A DNA stretch of 59,693 nt, counting the filler, from Dimorphilus gyrociliatus (lineage: Eukaryota > Animalia > Annelida), in assembly GCA_904063045.1 (NCBI GenBank). It is 3 parts of 3 records of this genome, joined end to end, with 100 filler letters (N's around TTAATTAATTAA, not from the genome) between each part and the next. Parts side by side here need not be neighbours in the genome. Positions count along the whole stretch, not along the records: positions 1 to 27,961 come from CAJFCJ010000270.1; positions 28,062 to 52,751 come from CAJFCJ010000002.1; 1 more part is not named here. One strand, given 5' to 3'. The notes beneath the pieces are model-generated. The model was not told where the DNA came from. It did no database searches and saw only the letters and a list, made by a program, of their open reading frames with translations. A program made the position numbers and the translations under genes. Of this stretch, positions 21,923 through 33,572 are shown piece after piece. Each line of letters begins with the position of its first letter. Position 1 is the stretch's first letter.

Positions 21923-22984
21923 ATGAATCCTGACTTGATTTTAAAGTGTGGTATTATTATTTTGGCTGGTGGTCAAGGTAGTAGACTAGGATATCCTGGT
22001 CCTAAAGGTTGCTTTCCTCTTGATCAACTTAAAACAACCTTATATGAAATCTTTTTAGAAAAAATATATAATAGGTTTATATGTCTATTGTTTGAGAATG
22101 GGATTACTGAAAGTAGAAATTCTTTAAAGCTAAAAAAAGAATATATTACTAAATATGCTACTGAAAATGGAACATTTAAACCAAAAGTAGTATTTTTAGT
22201 TTCTGATTTTACAGAAGAAAAAACAAAAGAGGAAATTGAAAAATCACCTTTCTATTCTAAATTTAATATAGAATTTATAAGACATGGTAATTTACAAGCA
22301 AAAGATAAGAATATGGAAGATTTACTATATAAGAATGAACCTGTGACTATATGTGGAGGGAATGGAATGTTATACGAAGCTATACAAGAACATTTAGATA
22401 GACTAGAAAAAGAGGTAAATTGGTTTAACATAGTTTCAATAGATAATATAAATTGTCCATTTTTGGTAGACGAAGCTTTACTAAAATTAAAAAAATACGA
22501 TGTTGTTAATCTGGGAGTTGCAAAAAGAGCAGGAGAATCAACCGGTGTTTTTATTTCCGTAAATGGAAATATTGAAATAGCAGAATACACTGACATAGAA
22601 AACCAAAAAAAGAAAATAGAAAATTTCCAAAAAGAGTTTCCAAACAATGAATTGTTCTCTTACTTAAATGGGAATAAAAAGCTTCTCTCTAGCATTTGCA
22701 ATCATTATTTTAGTTTAGATTTTATAAGAAAAGTAGAAAATAAAAATCTTAAAGTAAATTACGTAGAAAAGGAAATAAAACCAGATAATGAAGATAAAAG
22801 TGTAGTTATAAAAGGTTATAAAGCAGAGAAGTATTTAGCAGATGCTTTTACGTATAGTAAAAAAACATATGTTATTGAAGTAGACAGAGACACTTATTTT
22901 TCACCAATTAAGAATTTGACAGGAAAAGATAGTGTAGAAAGTGCTGTTAAAGATTACCTAAGAGTAAATAAAAACGTATGTTAA
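21923..22984 (+). CDS. UAP1: UDP-N-acetylglucosamine pyrophosphorylase
   Basis: ILAGGQGSRLGYPGPKG and GGNG motifs, EKYLADAF, FSPIKN. CCC precedes the second ATG (21923); the ORF track starts at 21911. Confidence 0.9.
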   Translation: MNPDLILKCGIIILAGGQGSRLGYPGPKGCFPLDQLKTTLYEIFLEKIYNRFICLLFENGITESRNSLKLKKEYITKYATENGTFKPKVVFLVSDFTEEKTKEEIEKSPFYSKFNIEFIRHGNLQAKDKNMEDLLYKNEPVTICGGNGMLYEAIQEHLDRLEKEVNWFNIVSIDNINCPFLVDEALLKLKKYDVVNLGVAKRAGESTGVFISVNGNIEIAEYTDIENQKKKIENFQKEFPNNELFSYLNGNKKLLSSICNHYFSLDFIRKVENKNLKVNYVEKEIKPDNEDKSVVIKGYKAEKYLADAFTYSKKTYVIEVDRDTYFSPIKNLTGKDSVESAVKDYLRVNKNVC

Positions 22985-23124
22985 ATTGTTATATTATATT
23001 AAATTTTATATTAAATAATAATATATGTTGTATTTTTATATTAATTTTTTATATTAAATAAAAATACATTCATTATACGTTTTTATTTACTCTCATATAA
23101 ATATATGAAGTTTTATCCCCTTCC

Positions 23125-24156
23125 ATGGGTGTACATTATACAATCGAGCGAAAAGAAGAGGTATTAAGGTTAAAAAAAGCAGGTTACTCAATTAGGAAAA
23201 TCTCTGATATCCTATCAATACCTCGATCTTCAGTACATAATATAATAACAAAACAGGGAAAACATGGTATTACAAAATATTTATGCAACAATGGTAGGCC
23301 TAGTAAGCTCAATATGGAGGTAGCAGCCCATTTGATCAAAAAAGTTAAAGAAGATAACAAGGTTTCGTGTAGAAAGATCGTTGATACACTTAAACCCGAG
23401 GTAGGATGTTCTCTCTCACATGTTTCTATTAGAAATTATCTGAAAATTTTGAAATATCTATCTGTAAAACCACTAAAAAAGCTTCTATTAAGCCCACGAC
23501 ATATCTCAGCTAGATATGAAGCTAGTAAGAGATGAATAAAATTGCGCTTATCTGAAATAAAAAGGATGGTTTTTAGTGATGAATCGAAGTTTAACCTACA
23601 GAATTCCGATGGAAAGCAAAATATTTGGAGGAAACCTGGTACTAGTTATGAAGTTTGGAACATAAAAAAAACTTTAAAATTTGGAGGTAGTTCAGTAATG
23701 GTTTGGGGGGGTTCATTTTATGGAGTGGGTGAACTAGTGTTTATAGATGTCAAAATGGATGCACCTTACTATTGTAACATGCTTAGCTCAAGTTTATTCA
23801 ATTCCTTAGAGAAAATGAAGCTAATCAACTTTAGATTTGTCGAAGATAATGACACAAAGCATACGAGTAAGCTGGCTAAAGAGTTTTTTGCTGAAGCAAC
23901 ATTGTAGTAGAGTCATGGCCTGCTCAATCCCCCGAATGAGAACCTATGGGGGATTATTAAGTCAAGAATCGGGAGTAAAACCTTGAAGAACAAAAAAGAT
24001 TTAAAGTTGGCAATAAGAAAAGAGTGGGAGAGTATATCAATAGAAACGTGTCAAAGGCTAGCATTATCATTTAAAAAAAGGGCTTTATCTCTTTATAGAG
24101 CAAAAGTTGGCTATATAGAAAAATAAATTATTGTGTCCCGTTTTTTTAACACACTG
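23125..24156 (+). mobile_element. Tc1/mariner-family element, defective; only the right TIR found
   Basis: HTH N-terminus, FSDESKF, VMVWG, FVEDNDTKHT, WPAQSP followed by a deletion removing the third D, ENLWG. TGG>TGA at 23533. Right end ...GTGTCCCGTTTTTTTAACACACTG followed by TA. Confidence 0.88.
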
Positions 24157-24346
24157 TATATGGTATATAATAAATGGAATAAAGATATAGTAATTTACAT
24201 GAAGATGTACTAACAAATACATATATTAAGTATATTGATTACAGAAAACGTACATTTTTATACTTTACTTCGAAAATCTATATTGTATAGCATAATATCT
24301 TATGAGAATTATTAAATTGTCTGAAATAAATTTAAGGTTTGTTGAT

Positions 24347-25415
24347 GGTAAATGGATAATAGAGACACCAAATTTTATTTAAAAGGAGTTTAGTGAGTTA
24401 GCATCTCTCAATACAAGAGATTTAATCCATGAATTGCAGGAACATGGTATATTGAGAAGAGAGATGGTATGTAAGGGTTGTTCTTCAATTATCACACCTC
24501 TTACAGTAGAAAGAGGACGACATCCTAGGTTTAGGTGTAGATCTAGATCTTGCCCAGAAAAATTGAGCAAATCATTGTTCGATAATACAATTTTTAGTAA
24601 GACAAAGATTAGTTATGAACTATGCTTAGAAATATTGTATAATATTAGTTGTAGAAGAACAGTGGCTGATACATCTGACCCCTTAATATTAGCAAGTTAA
24701 CTGTTATCTCCTTATACAAGCTTTTTAGAAGTAGTATTACACTATTTCTTGAACACCACAGCCAGAAATTAGGTGGATATTCAGTGATGGACCATGTGGA
24801 TGAAACACCAATGACTAGCAGACATGGTGAAACGGGTCGACATTCGGCCTCAAATACTATATGGTTGTGGGTGGTGTTAATATTCACACTAGATCTTGTT
24901 TCTTACGCTTTTTACCATCTAGGTCTAGTGCTGATCTGTTTAAGTTTCTTAACGAATGGGGGATACCTGAATCAATTGTTCATACTGATCGTTATAGATC
25001 GTATGACACTCTTTGTTCTCTTGGTTTTACCCATTTTAGAGTTAATCACAGTACAGAGTTTGTTGCACAAGATGGTACTCACACCAATTGGATTGAAGGT
25101 ATATTTGGTGCATTAAAAAAATTAGGTAGAAAATATGATAGTACCTGGTCTGGTGTAACAAATCTAAGCCTATTTTTATCAAAATTCTGTTTTAGATATA
25201 GCTTCGATTCATGGAACACAAAAAAAGCTTTTTTAAAGATGCTTGCTGTGTTAAAATATTGTAGAGAAGATTAGACGAAGAAGATGAACAATAAATTTTT
25301 TTTTATTTTTTACAGTGTCCCGTTTTCTTAAATTTAGCTTAAATTTTTATCGTTTTATTTAGTTATAATAATAAACTTTGTCAAGGCAAACGGGACGCAA
25401 CTGCGTCCCGTTTCC
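24347..25415 (+). mobile_element. Degenerate Merlin element, family C; boundaries uncertain
   Basis: Zinc ribbon CKGC...CRSRSC, HVDET, VVGGVN, IVHTDRYRSY, FRVNHS, GTHTNWIEGIFG, with stops and frameshifts. Confidence 0.82.
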
Positions 25416-26026
25416 TTTAACCAACCTACCAAATGTTATATGATTTAATATAAATAAAACATTATAAAAAGCTATAATAATTTGCTTTTCATATATATAA
25501 AAAGACAAAATTAGTGGTAGAAATCAAAATCTAAAACCTCTAAAAATACGACTTAGCGCTTCTGTAAAACATGTATATTGTCTATCTCTTAATTTTAAAA
25601 CTCTTGTCTTTCAGCTTAATAAACTATAATTTTTCAAATAAATTCATAAAATGTATAAACATCATTTATAAAAAACAAGTTTGTTACAAACAAACGTAAA
25701 CAAAACTACGAATAGTTTTTGTTGATTAAATGCGTCCTAATTTGGTAAATACTTAAAGAACATTCATACTTCCAAATATGGAAACGAATTTATAGAAAAA
25801 AATAATAGTATAAATAAACTCATTTTAAAACACCCCATATGTTTTCTAAAAAAATAATAAGCTTCTTAATTTAAAGTTAAAACTTTCTGATGTAAACACA
25901 CAAAATGCTTTATTGAATATTGATCATCATATTACTAATGAGGGGTCATTCCAAATTCGCTTGTAACAAAGTCTTTTTTAAAATAATCTTTTTGTTAAAA
26001 AAGAGGTTGATCCATGCTTTTTATGC

Positions 26027-27961
26027 ATGAACGATGACAAATCATCACCTCTTAAAGTTATTTTTAAAATTAAAAAAATCACTGAAAATGTGATTAATGG
26101 CAATGAAAATACAGTCCAAGAACACTACTGCGGAAGAATGGACAAAATATGTAGTTTCTGTTCTTCTTTAAATTTAAAGATGAAAGAATTACTAACAAAA
26201 TATTCAAAAGCTGTTGCCGGAAGTGAAACTAGAGAGATCTCTAAATATTTAAAAGATCTATTGACAAATAAAAAAATAAAGACTACAAAAACTTTAAAAA
26301 GGATATCAGATCCTATAATAGTGCCGTATCTTTTGCTTCATTTGGTGCTAGGACTAATAAGCATAGTAGTGGTCCATACTGTCTGAAGATACATGGCCAA
26401 ACATACCACCACAGTTACCATCCATTATCTAATAATGGAGACAATCAAAAGAAATATGCACAGTTATATGTTGTCGATAATGAAATGGCAACTATATAAG
26501 ATTAAATAACAAAGCAAATACAGGCTGTCAAAAAAACATCTTAAAAAACTTAGATAATTTAATGAGAGAGTCAAATCCATTTGCTAAAAGTCATAAAAGT
26601 ATCTCTCAAGTCGAAAAGAAACATCGACAGGCATCTCAATATGGACTGGTAGATAATAGCAGACAGAAAGGACTGCTTAAGAAGAGATTTAGTATAAAAA
26701 GGCAGATGAAGTAGCAATGGTATTTAACGACTCAAATGAGAACACCAATGGATCGAGATATAAAGGTGGATCCCTTAAATATAAATAAATAGAATAGATA
26801 TACTAAGTCATAATCTCGATCCAATGGTATACTCATTATTTTATCCATATGGTGAAAAGGGATGGAGCACTAATCTAAATAATAATGGTAAAAAGATATC
26901 TATGCTGCAGTACAAAGTATCACAGACTGCAGTCAGACTAGATGAATTTAATCCTCTATTATATGGCTCAAGACTATTCCAGCAATGGATAATTAGCTCT
27001 TATCTACAGGTGGAAGCCAATAATTTAAACTATATAAGACTCAATCAAAACAAATTGAGAGTTGAAAAATATAGAGGATTAATGGATAGTCTAAATAATG
27101 ATACAGAGGACATAGGCTATCCTATTATCTTACCATCAACCTTCCAAGGCTCTCCGCGCAACATGGGAGAGAGATATAACGACGCAATGGCAATAGTTGG
27201 GAAGTATGGAACTCCAGATCTTTTCATAACAATGACATGTAATCCCAACTGGAAGGAAATAAAAGACCTCTTTGATGGCCAAACAGCATCTGACAGGCCA
27301 GATTTAGTAGCTCGAGTATTTAAATTAAAACTATACGAGCTTAAAAAAGACTTAATTAAAAATAAAATATTTGGTAAATAGAGGCTTTTATATATACCAT
27401 TGAGTTCCAGAAAAGAGGCCTCCCACATGCTCACATACTAATTATTCTGGATAAAAAAAATAAAATAGAAACAGTTGAGCAAATAAATGAGGTGGTATCT
27501 GCATAGATACCAAATAATGATAAAGCATTGCAATCTAGAGTACTCAAACATATGATACATGGTCCCTGTGGGGAGACAAACTCAAATTCACCATGCATGG
27601 AAAATGGTGAATGTACTAAGGAGTATCCTAAGCAATACTGTGAGGATACTAAGGTTGGAGATAACTGTTATCCAACTTACATGAGAAGAAAGGGCCATGT
27701 ATATAAATATAAAAAATACACAGTCGACAATAGAAATGTTGTTCCCTACAACAAATACCTATTACTGAAATACAACTGTCATATTAATGTTGAAATCTGC
27801 TCGAGCATAAAATCAGTAAAGTATATATTTAAATACGTTTATAAAGGTATGACTGTGCAAATATAAAGTTATTTAATGGTAATGAGATTGAGCAGTATCT
27901 CAGCACCAGATACATGAGTGCACCAGAAGCAATGTGGAGGCTTCTTGAATATAAAATGCAT
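26027..27961 (+). mobile_element. Helitron Rep remnant, truncated at the contig end
   Basis: LFYPYGEKGW, LFQQW, IILPSTFQGSPR, PDLFITMTCNP, EFQKRGLPHAH (~27402-27434), MIHGPCG, VVPYNKYLL, KYIFKYVYKG. Multiple stops and frameshifts. Confidence 0.92.
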
Positions 27962-28061
27962 NNNNNNNNNNNNNNNNNNNNNNNNNNNNNNNNNNNNNNN
28001 NNNNNTTAATTAATTAANNNNNNNNNNNNNNNNNNNNNNNNNNNNNNNNNNNNNNNNNNNN
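27962..28061. other. Artificial contig spacer N44-TTAATTAATTAA-N44
   Basis: Exactly 100 bp, stops in all six frames, identical to 52752-52851. Confidence 0.97.
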
Positions 28062-29189
28062 TATATATCTATATATATATTTATATTTCAACGTTGACAG
28101 CAATAATTGCAGACAACGGATACGGAAATCTGCTAAAAAGACAGAAAAAGAGAAAGTCAAGCCGTTACCGCCATCTATCGGATTAATCGCGAATAAAAAG
28201 GTGGCGCTACAAGTTACGCTAATTTCTTTCTTTATGTCTATTTAAATAAAGAAAACACCGCATTACTCTCATTCTCTTTTATGAACAATTTTATTGAACA
28301 GTTTGAATAAGGATGTTTTAGTAAGTCCTCAAAACAAGCAGCTTTAGAATACTTGTTCAATCAGTTTATTTGTAAAAAGCAACAGCAATGACACACGCTA
28401 AATAATACAACAATTCATTTAAGTATATAGAGAGCACACATGACAACACTTTCATTGTAGCATTTTTTAAAAACTATATCTCTTACACATACAATTGTTT
28501 TTTTTTCATGATAGAGATTCACGCACAGCACCTCGAGCACAACAATCAATGTATTTTTATGTCATTCGTCTTTACTTTTCTGTTTTTTTTTAACTGGAAA
28601 GAATTTCATTCAATAGATAACGGAACACATGAAATATATACGTCATGTATAAGTCTTTCAATTCAGGGCGACATGTATATAATTACGTTCTTCGAAGCTA
28701 GAATAGCATAGTTTAATAATACGAGCTCGCACGGAGGTAGTGAATACTTGTAAAAAAAAAAAAGAAAAAAAAATAATAAAAAACAAAAAAACAAAAAAAC
28801 GAAAAAAAAAGGACAAAAAAGCTTGCAAGATGGCTGTGTGTACTTTATAAAACGGGAATACTATATTTAGAATCGACGTGTGACCGAGAATGGACAACAA
28901 CAAAAAACTTTTTTTTTTAATAGAAAAAGAAAACAATACTCATCAAAAATAAAATTAATTAATTAATTAATTAATTATATTAATAAATAAATAAATAAAT
29001 TAGCTAAATTATAATAAATTAAAATCTTTGGGAAAAAAAATGAGCACAAAATAGTTCTTTTTTTTTCTTGTTAGGACAAAGAGCTTAAGAATAACAAAGT
29101 ACATACCGTATAAACAAGAATATACACATCCATACACACGCACATCTATATGTGTATGCATAGATGTATATATTTAGTACATGTATATT

Positions 29190-29198
29190 GTTTCAATA

Positions 29199-29236
<38 letters not shown>

Positions 29237-29239
29237 GGA

Positions 29240-29271
<32 letters not shown>

Positions 29272-30115
29272 CATAAATACACATAAATACACTTGTTAAA
29301 ATGTACATTATATTTATATATAGACAGATGATGGGAGAGACTAGTTGATTTACGTAATATTCATACGGTATAACAATTCGTTGACTAGACCGTTTTCTCA
29401 TGTACATAGGAAAAAGTCGTATATAATACGTAAGCATTTTAGAGACGCGAAGGGTTAGCGTGGCCGGCAGTTTTTACTCATAAATAATTTATAAACGAAG
29501 CAATGTAGACGCTAAAGTCATAACGACTTAAGGGGCGGAAAGATAGACCGTTTTTGCGCGTTGAACGTCGTCAATCGCTTCCGGGCGGGCGCACAAAGGA
29601 ACGTCTAAGAGAAGACGGTACCAGACTAAAAGTAAATAACAATCAAAGTTTGCGCAGCCGAAGCGTCCGATTGTCATTGACGTTTCGCATGATTGAGCAC
29701 GTACAAACTTGAAATAAACTTTCTTTGTTTGCTCACAATTTCTGGCAAGTTTATTTTCTCAGGCGTGTCAACTTTTGGCAAGTGATAAACGAGTTTTTTA
29801 GCGTTTTTTTGTTTTTAAAATAGAAAAATACAAATAAAAAACCCCCCTCTTTTCAAAACATATGCATTGCACGGGGGCTAGCTGTATTTCTGTTTTGGCT
29901 TCAAGCTAAATAAACATTTGCCGAGATGAAATATCTCCTGACCTATATATTTTCGATCCCTCTCCTTTTTTTCTCTTTCCTTTTCTTCAAAACAACGCCG
30001 CCGGCTTTAAACGGATTAAATGACGCTACCCGTTCGCGCCTCGGGCGTATATTTTTTTTCCCGAATATTTTAGCTAACCGCGAGACAAACGAAAAAAAGC
30101 ACTCACTTTTATACA

Positions 30116-30187
<72 letters not shown>

Positions 30188-30300
30188 TATATACATAAAT
30201 ATATATACATATCAACATACATGCATGTATATATATATACTGTATATATATATATATATATAGATATATATATATATATAGATATATATATATGTAGATG
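29190..30300. repeat. (AT)n microsatellites downstream of the zinc-finger gene
   Basis: Long (AT)n runs near 29200-29265 and 30118-30185. Similar runs occur throughout contig B. Confidence 0.9.
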
Positions 30301-30368
30301 TATATACATACAATTGTTTTTCGTTATAAGGCATTTATCACACAATGGAAGCTAGAATTTGTTACGTT

Positions 30369-33300
30369 TTATGTTGATTCGCTTTTGGGCGTTAAGTTGA
30401 AGGTGACGTCGCTTGATGACGTAATTGGTTGCGTAACCGGTAGGTAGATAAGCGCCGGTAGGAACGTGTCATCCGACGTCATCGCTTCGGCCTTAAACGG
30501 CTGCATGACGTAATTGTTTTCAGTTAGTGCCTTCGAAGCATGGGCCTTGTGTTCCGACCCTGCAAAAAAATACTTTTTCATAAAGGCCTTTTTATTAATA
30601 TGATTATTTTGAAATTAATTATATATTTTATATATTGAATGTTAATAAAACTTACTTATGTGCTGTTGGCATAGGGCTCTAGTTGGGAACTTTTGCGAAC
30701 AGTGCACGCATCGGAACTTTTTCTTTTTCATGGACTTGGACGAAATCTGCGAGGAGGCTTCTTCACTCTCCGAACGCCAATCGTCAGCCTCAACCTTAGC
30801 CTTTTTAGGTGGGCCTGCATCTTCGTCATTTGAATCACCAACCGATTCACTTTTATTTTGTGAATGGTCTCGTAGAACATGCATCTGCAGCGCCCCCTGG
30901 CTAGTAAAGACGTGACCACACATTTGACACTTTCGCATCATGGCATCGCTTTGTACGAAGGCAGGAAGAGACAGCTTATTATCCGACATCAAGTTGAGCG
31001 GAAGTGATGTAGCTAAAGAGGACGGCGGCGGTTGAATATCGGGTTGGGAGGAACCCACACCCCCTTTTTCCTTTTTAATCATATATGATACGTACTCCTC
31101 AATAGTTATGCCATGCTTATTCTGCATATGCGTACGAAGAAAGTATTTATTACAAACTTCTTTCTGGCATAATTCGCACATGACTCTTTGCGAGTGTAGA
31201 GGCTCCTTCCATTTCCATTGATTATTCTCTCCACCGTTTAGAATTGATAAGGGATCGAAAGGCGACATACACATCTCCTGTGACAGTAAACCTGGAGGTG
31301 TTGCCGCTGCTGATGCGGAGAGATGTGACAGAGCCGAAATATTCGCTAAATTCGGTACGTTCAGAGGAGATGATTGTCGAGATGTTGCTGACGATGAGGG
31401 GGGTTGTGACGGAGGAGGAGAATTTTTGTTTCTTGTAAATTCATCTTTCTTTTCTCCTATTCCATGTATCTTGAGCTTATGTGTTTTTAGGAAGTATTTA
31501 GAACAAAATTCCTTCTTACATATTTCGCAATAAGCTTCCGGGTCTATACCCATTTTCAAAAGTTCGTCATCACCAGGTTTTGGTAGGTTTGCACCGGCTT
31601 CTTCTTTTTGAACATCAACTGCCTGTTCGATGTTGTTATTATTATTCTTTTGCGGATTAGTAATTAAAGTTGGCGTAGTTGATTCATCCTTCTTTGGAGA
31701 TGGACTATCTGAAGGCGTTTCGACGCCGTGTACCTTGAGCTTATGAGTCCGTAAAAAGTACTTGTTACAAACGTCTTTATTACATATGTCGCAGATGACT
31801 CGTTCCGCATTTCTCGCGGCTATCATATTTCCAAGCATAGTGTTTGCTAAATGCGTCGGCTGTTGTTGGTCGGTCAATTCGTCTTCCTTTTTTTCGGACG
31901 GTTTGATTCCGTGTACGTTGATTAAATGAACTTTAAGATTATACTTATTGGAAAATTCCTTTTTGCAATATTCACAATAATCATCGGTGGCATTTGTCAG
32001 AGGTGGAGTAACTGATGATGCAGTAGAGACGGCCGATGATGATGACGCTGCTGTTGTCGTGGCTGTAGTAGTTGTTGTTATTGTCGATGTTTTCTTTTCA
32101 CCCAATTCCATTTCACCATTCATCCCGTTCAATTGCTGCGCCGCTTGCATGAATGAGTGAAGCATTTCTGGTGAAGGAGCGTCGAAATGATTACCACTTC
32201 GATTTCCGACTAGGTCGTCGACGTAAATACCGTGCTTGTTGGCTTTGTGAATTTTCAAGAAATACTTGTTGCAGAACTCTTTTCGGCATATTTCGCAATA
32301 AGCATCGGCGTTTAGAACGCCCATTGACCGAAGAGCGTCATTGGGTATGGAAGGTTTTGGCGTGCTAACTGTACTGGTCGAAGCCGTGGAAAACTTGAAA
32401 TCGGTTGACAACTGCGGCGGAATTCCTGAGAGAGACGGTAGACCCGTTTGTGTTTGAAAGGGTAAGGGTTGACCGGGTAAAAGGGCAACCGGAGACGCAA
32501 ATGGATTAATGAACATCAAGTTTGGACTGAGTCCTGGCGGAAACGACTGGCCGGAGGGGGGTGGATTGAGTCCATTGGAAGGCGGAATTAGTGAAGTTGG
32601 AACGTTGGAATTTTTCGGAGACGCATTCGTCGTTACTGATCTCGACCTTTTATGGTAAGAAGGTGGCGTTTCCGGTATGATACCGTGAACGTCTTGCTTG
32701 TGCTTCCTCAAGTAATACTTATTGCAAAAGTGCTTTTGACAGATATCGCAGTAGTCTTCCATATCTTTCGGCACGCTTTTCGGCTCATCTTTTGGACTGG
32801 GGGGTGTAGTTGGCGGTGGAAGTCCCACTAAGCTGGGGGCAGGCGGTGGCAAAGGAGGCAAATTGGAGATCGGTTCCGGTTCTGGACTAGGTTTCTCCGA
32901 CACTTCAGAAGGCGCTGCAGGTGGAGAAGTTTCGATACTATCCAGTATACCGTGTCTTGTTGCCAAATGAGTCTTTAGGAAGTATTTATTACAAAATTCT
33001 CTACGACACCGTTCACAATAAGCCTCCTTATTGAAAATCTTTCCTTCTGTAACTTCTTGACCTTCTTCTGGAGGTACAGTATCCTCTATTTCTTCATCTC
33101 CTTCAGCAGTTGTTGTTGTTTCCTCCTCAATAGATTCAACCATATCGAAGGCCTGTTGGTTAATTTCGCTTCCCAACTGATGGTACTTTGTTGGAAAGGA
33201 GGACGCAAGTTGTTGTTGCTGTGTTGCTTGTGGTTTTTCATTGTCTGCTATTTCATCAGGGTCGCTAAGACTATGCGATACTGGTCGTTGCCTCTGAAGT

Positions 33301-33572
33301 TCATGTTGACTCCGAACATGATCATTCAGGATAGTTTGACTATCGAAAATACTTTCGCACAGCTGGCAGGCGAAAGACGATACGGATATGGGGGCGGCGT
33401 CGGCGGCGGTGGCGGCAGCAGCAGCAGCAGCAGCGGCGGCGTTGTTCCTCTCTTCCTCTAATTTCACAGCGTTCTCTGAAACTCTGGAAGGCTTCGATTG
33501 TTTTCGTTTTCGAGACGACTTGGCAAAGTCCAAATTGGGTAATCCCCACTCCTGATGCGCAACTTGCGTCAT
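30369..33572 (-). CDS. Metazoan multi-C2H2 zinc-finger protein (10 fingers); exons 33572-30656 and 30559-30369
   Basis: Seven dispersed fingers of type CxxCxKxFCNKYFLxxHxxxxHG plus three others. A GTAAGT...TTTTTTTGCAG intron (30655-30560) completes the last finger (CQQHI|RSEH). An acceptor at 33596-33595 precedes the ATG at 33572. Confidence 0.9.

Noticed and set aside
23533-23535. Alternative genetic code (TGA = Trp) or readthrough
   Set aside because: TGG is used for Trp and TGA ends normal genes (9041-9043, 58091-58093). In-frame stops in transposons are single transitions (TGG>TGA, TGG>TAG, CGA>TGA).
28006-28017. TTAATTAATTAA palindrome as a biological site
   Set aside because: It is centred in a symmetric N44 spacer and repeated exactly at 52796-52807; it is a six-frame stop linker.
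29174-30345. ORFs rich in YIYIYI (29174-29437, 29926-30186, 30109-30345)
   Set aside because: Translations of (AT)n microsatellites.
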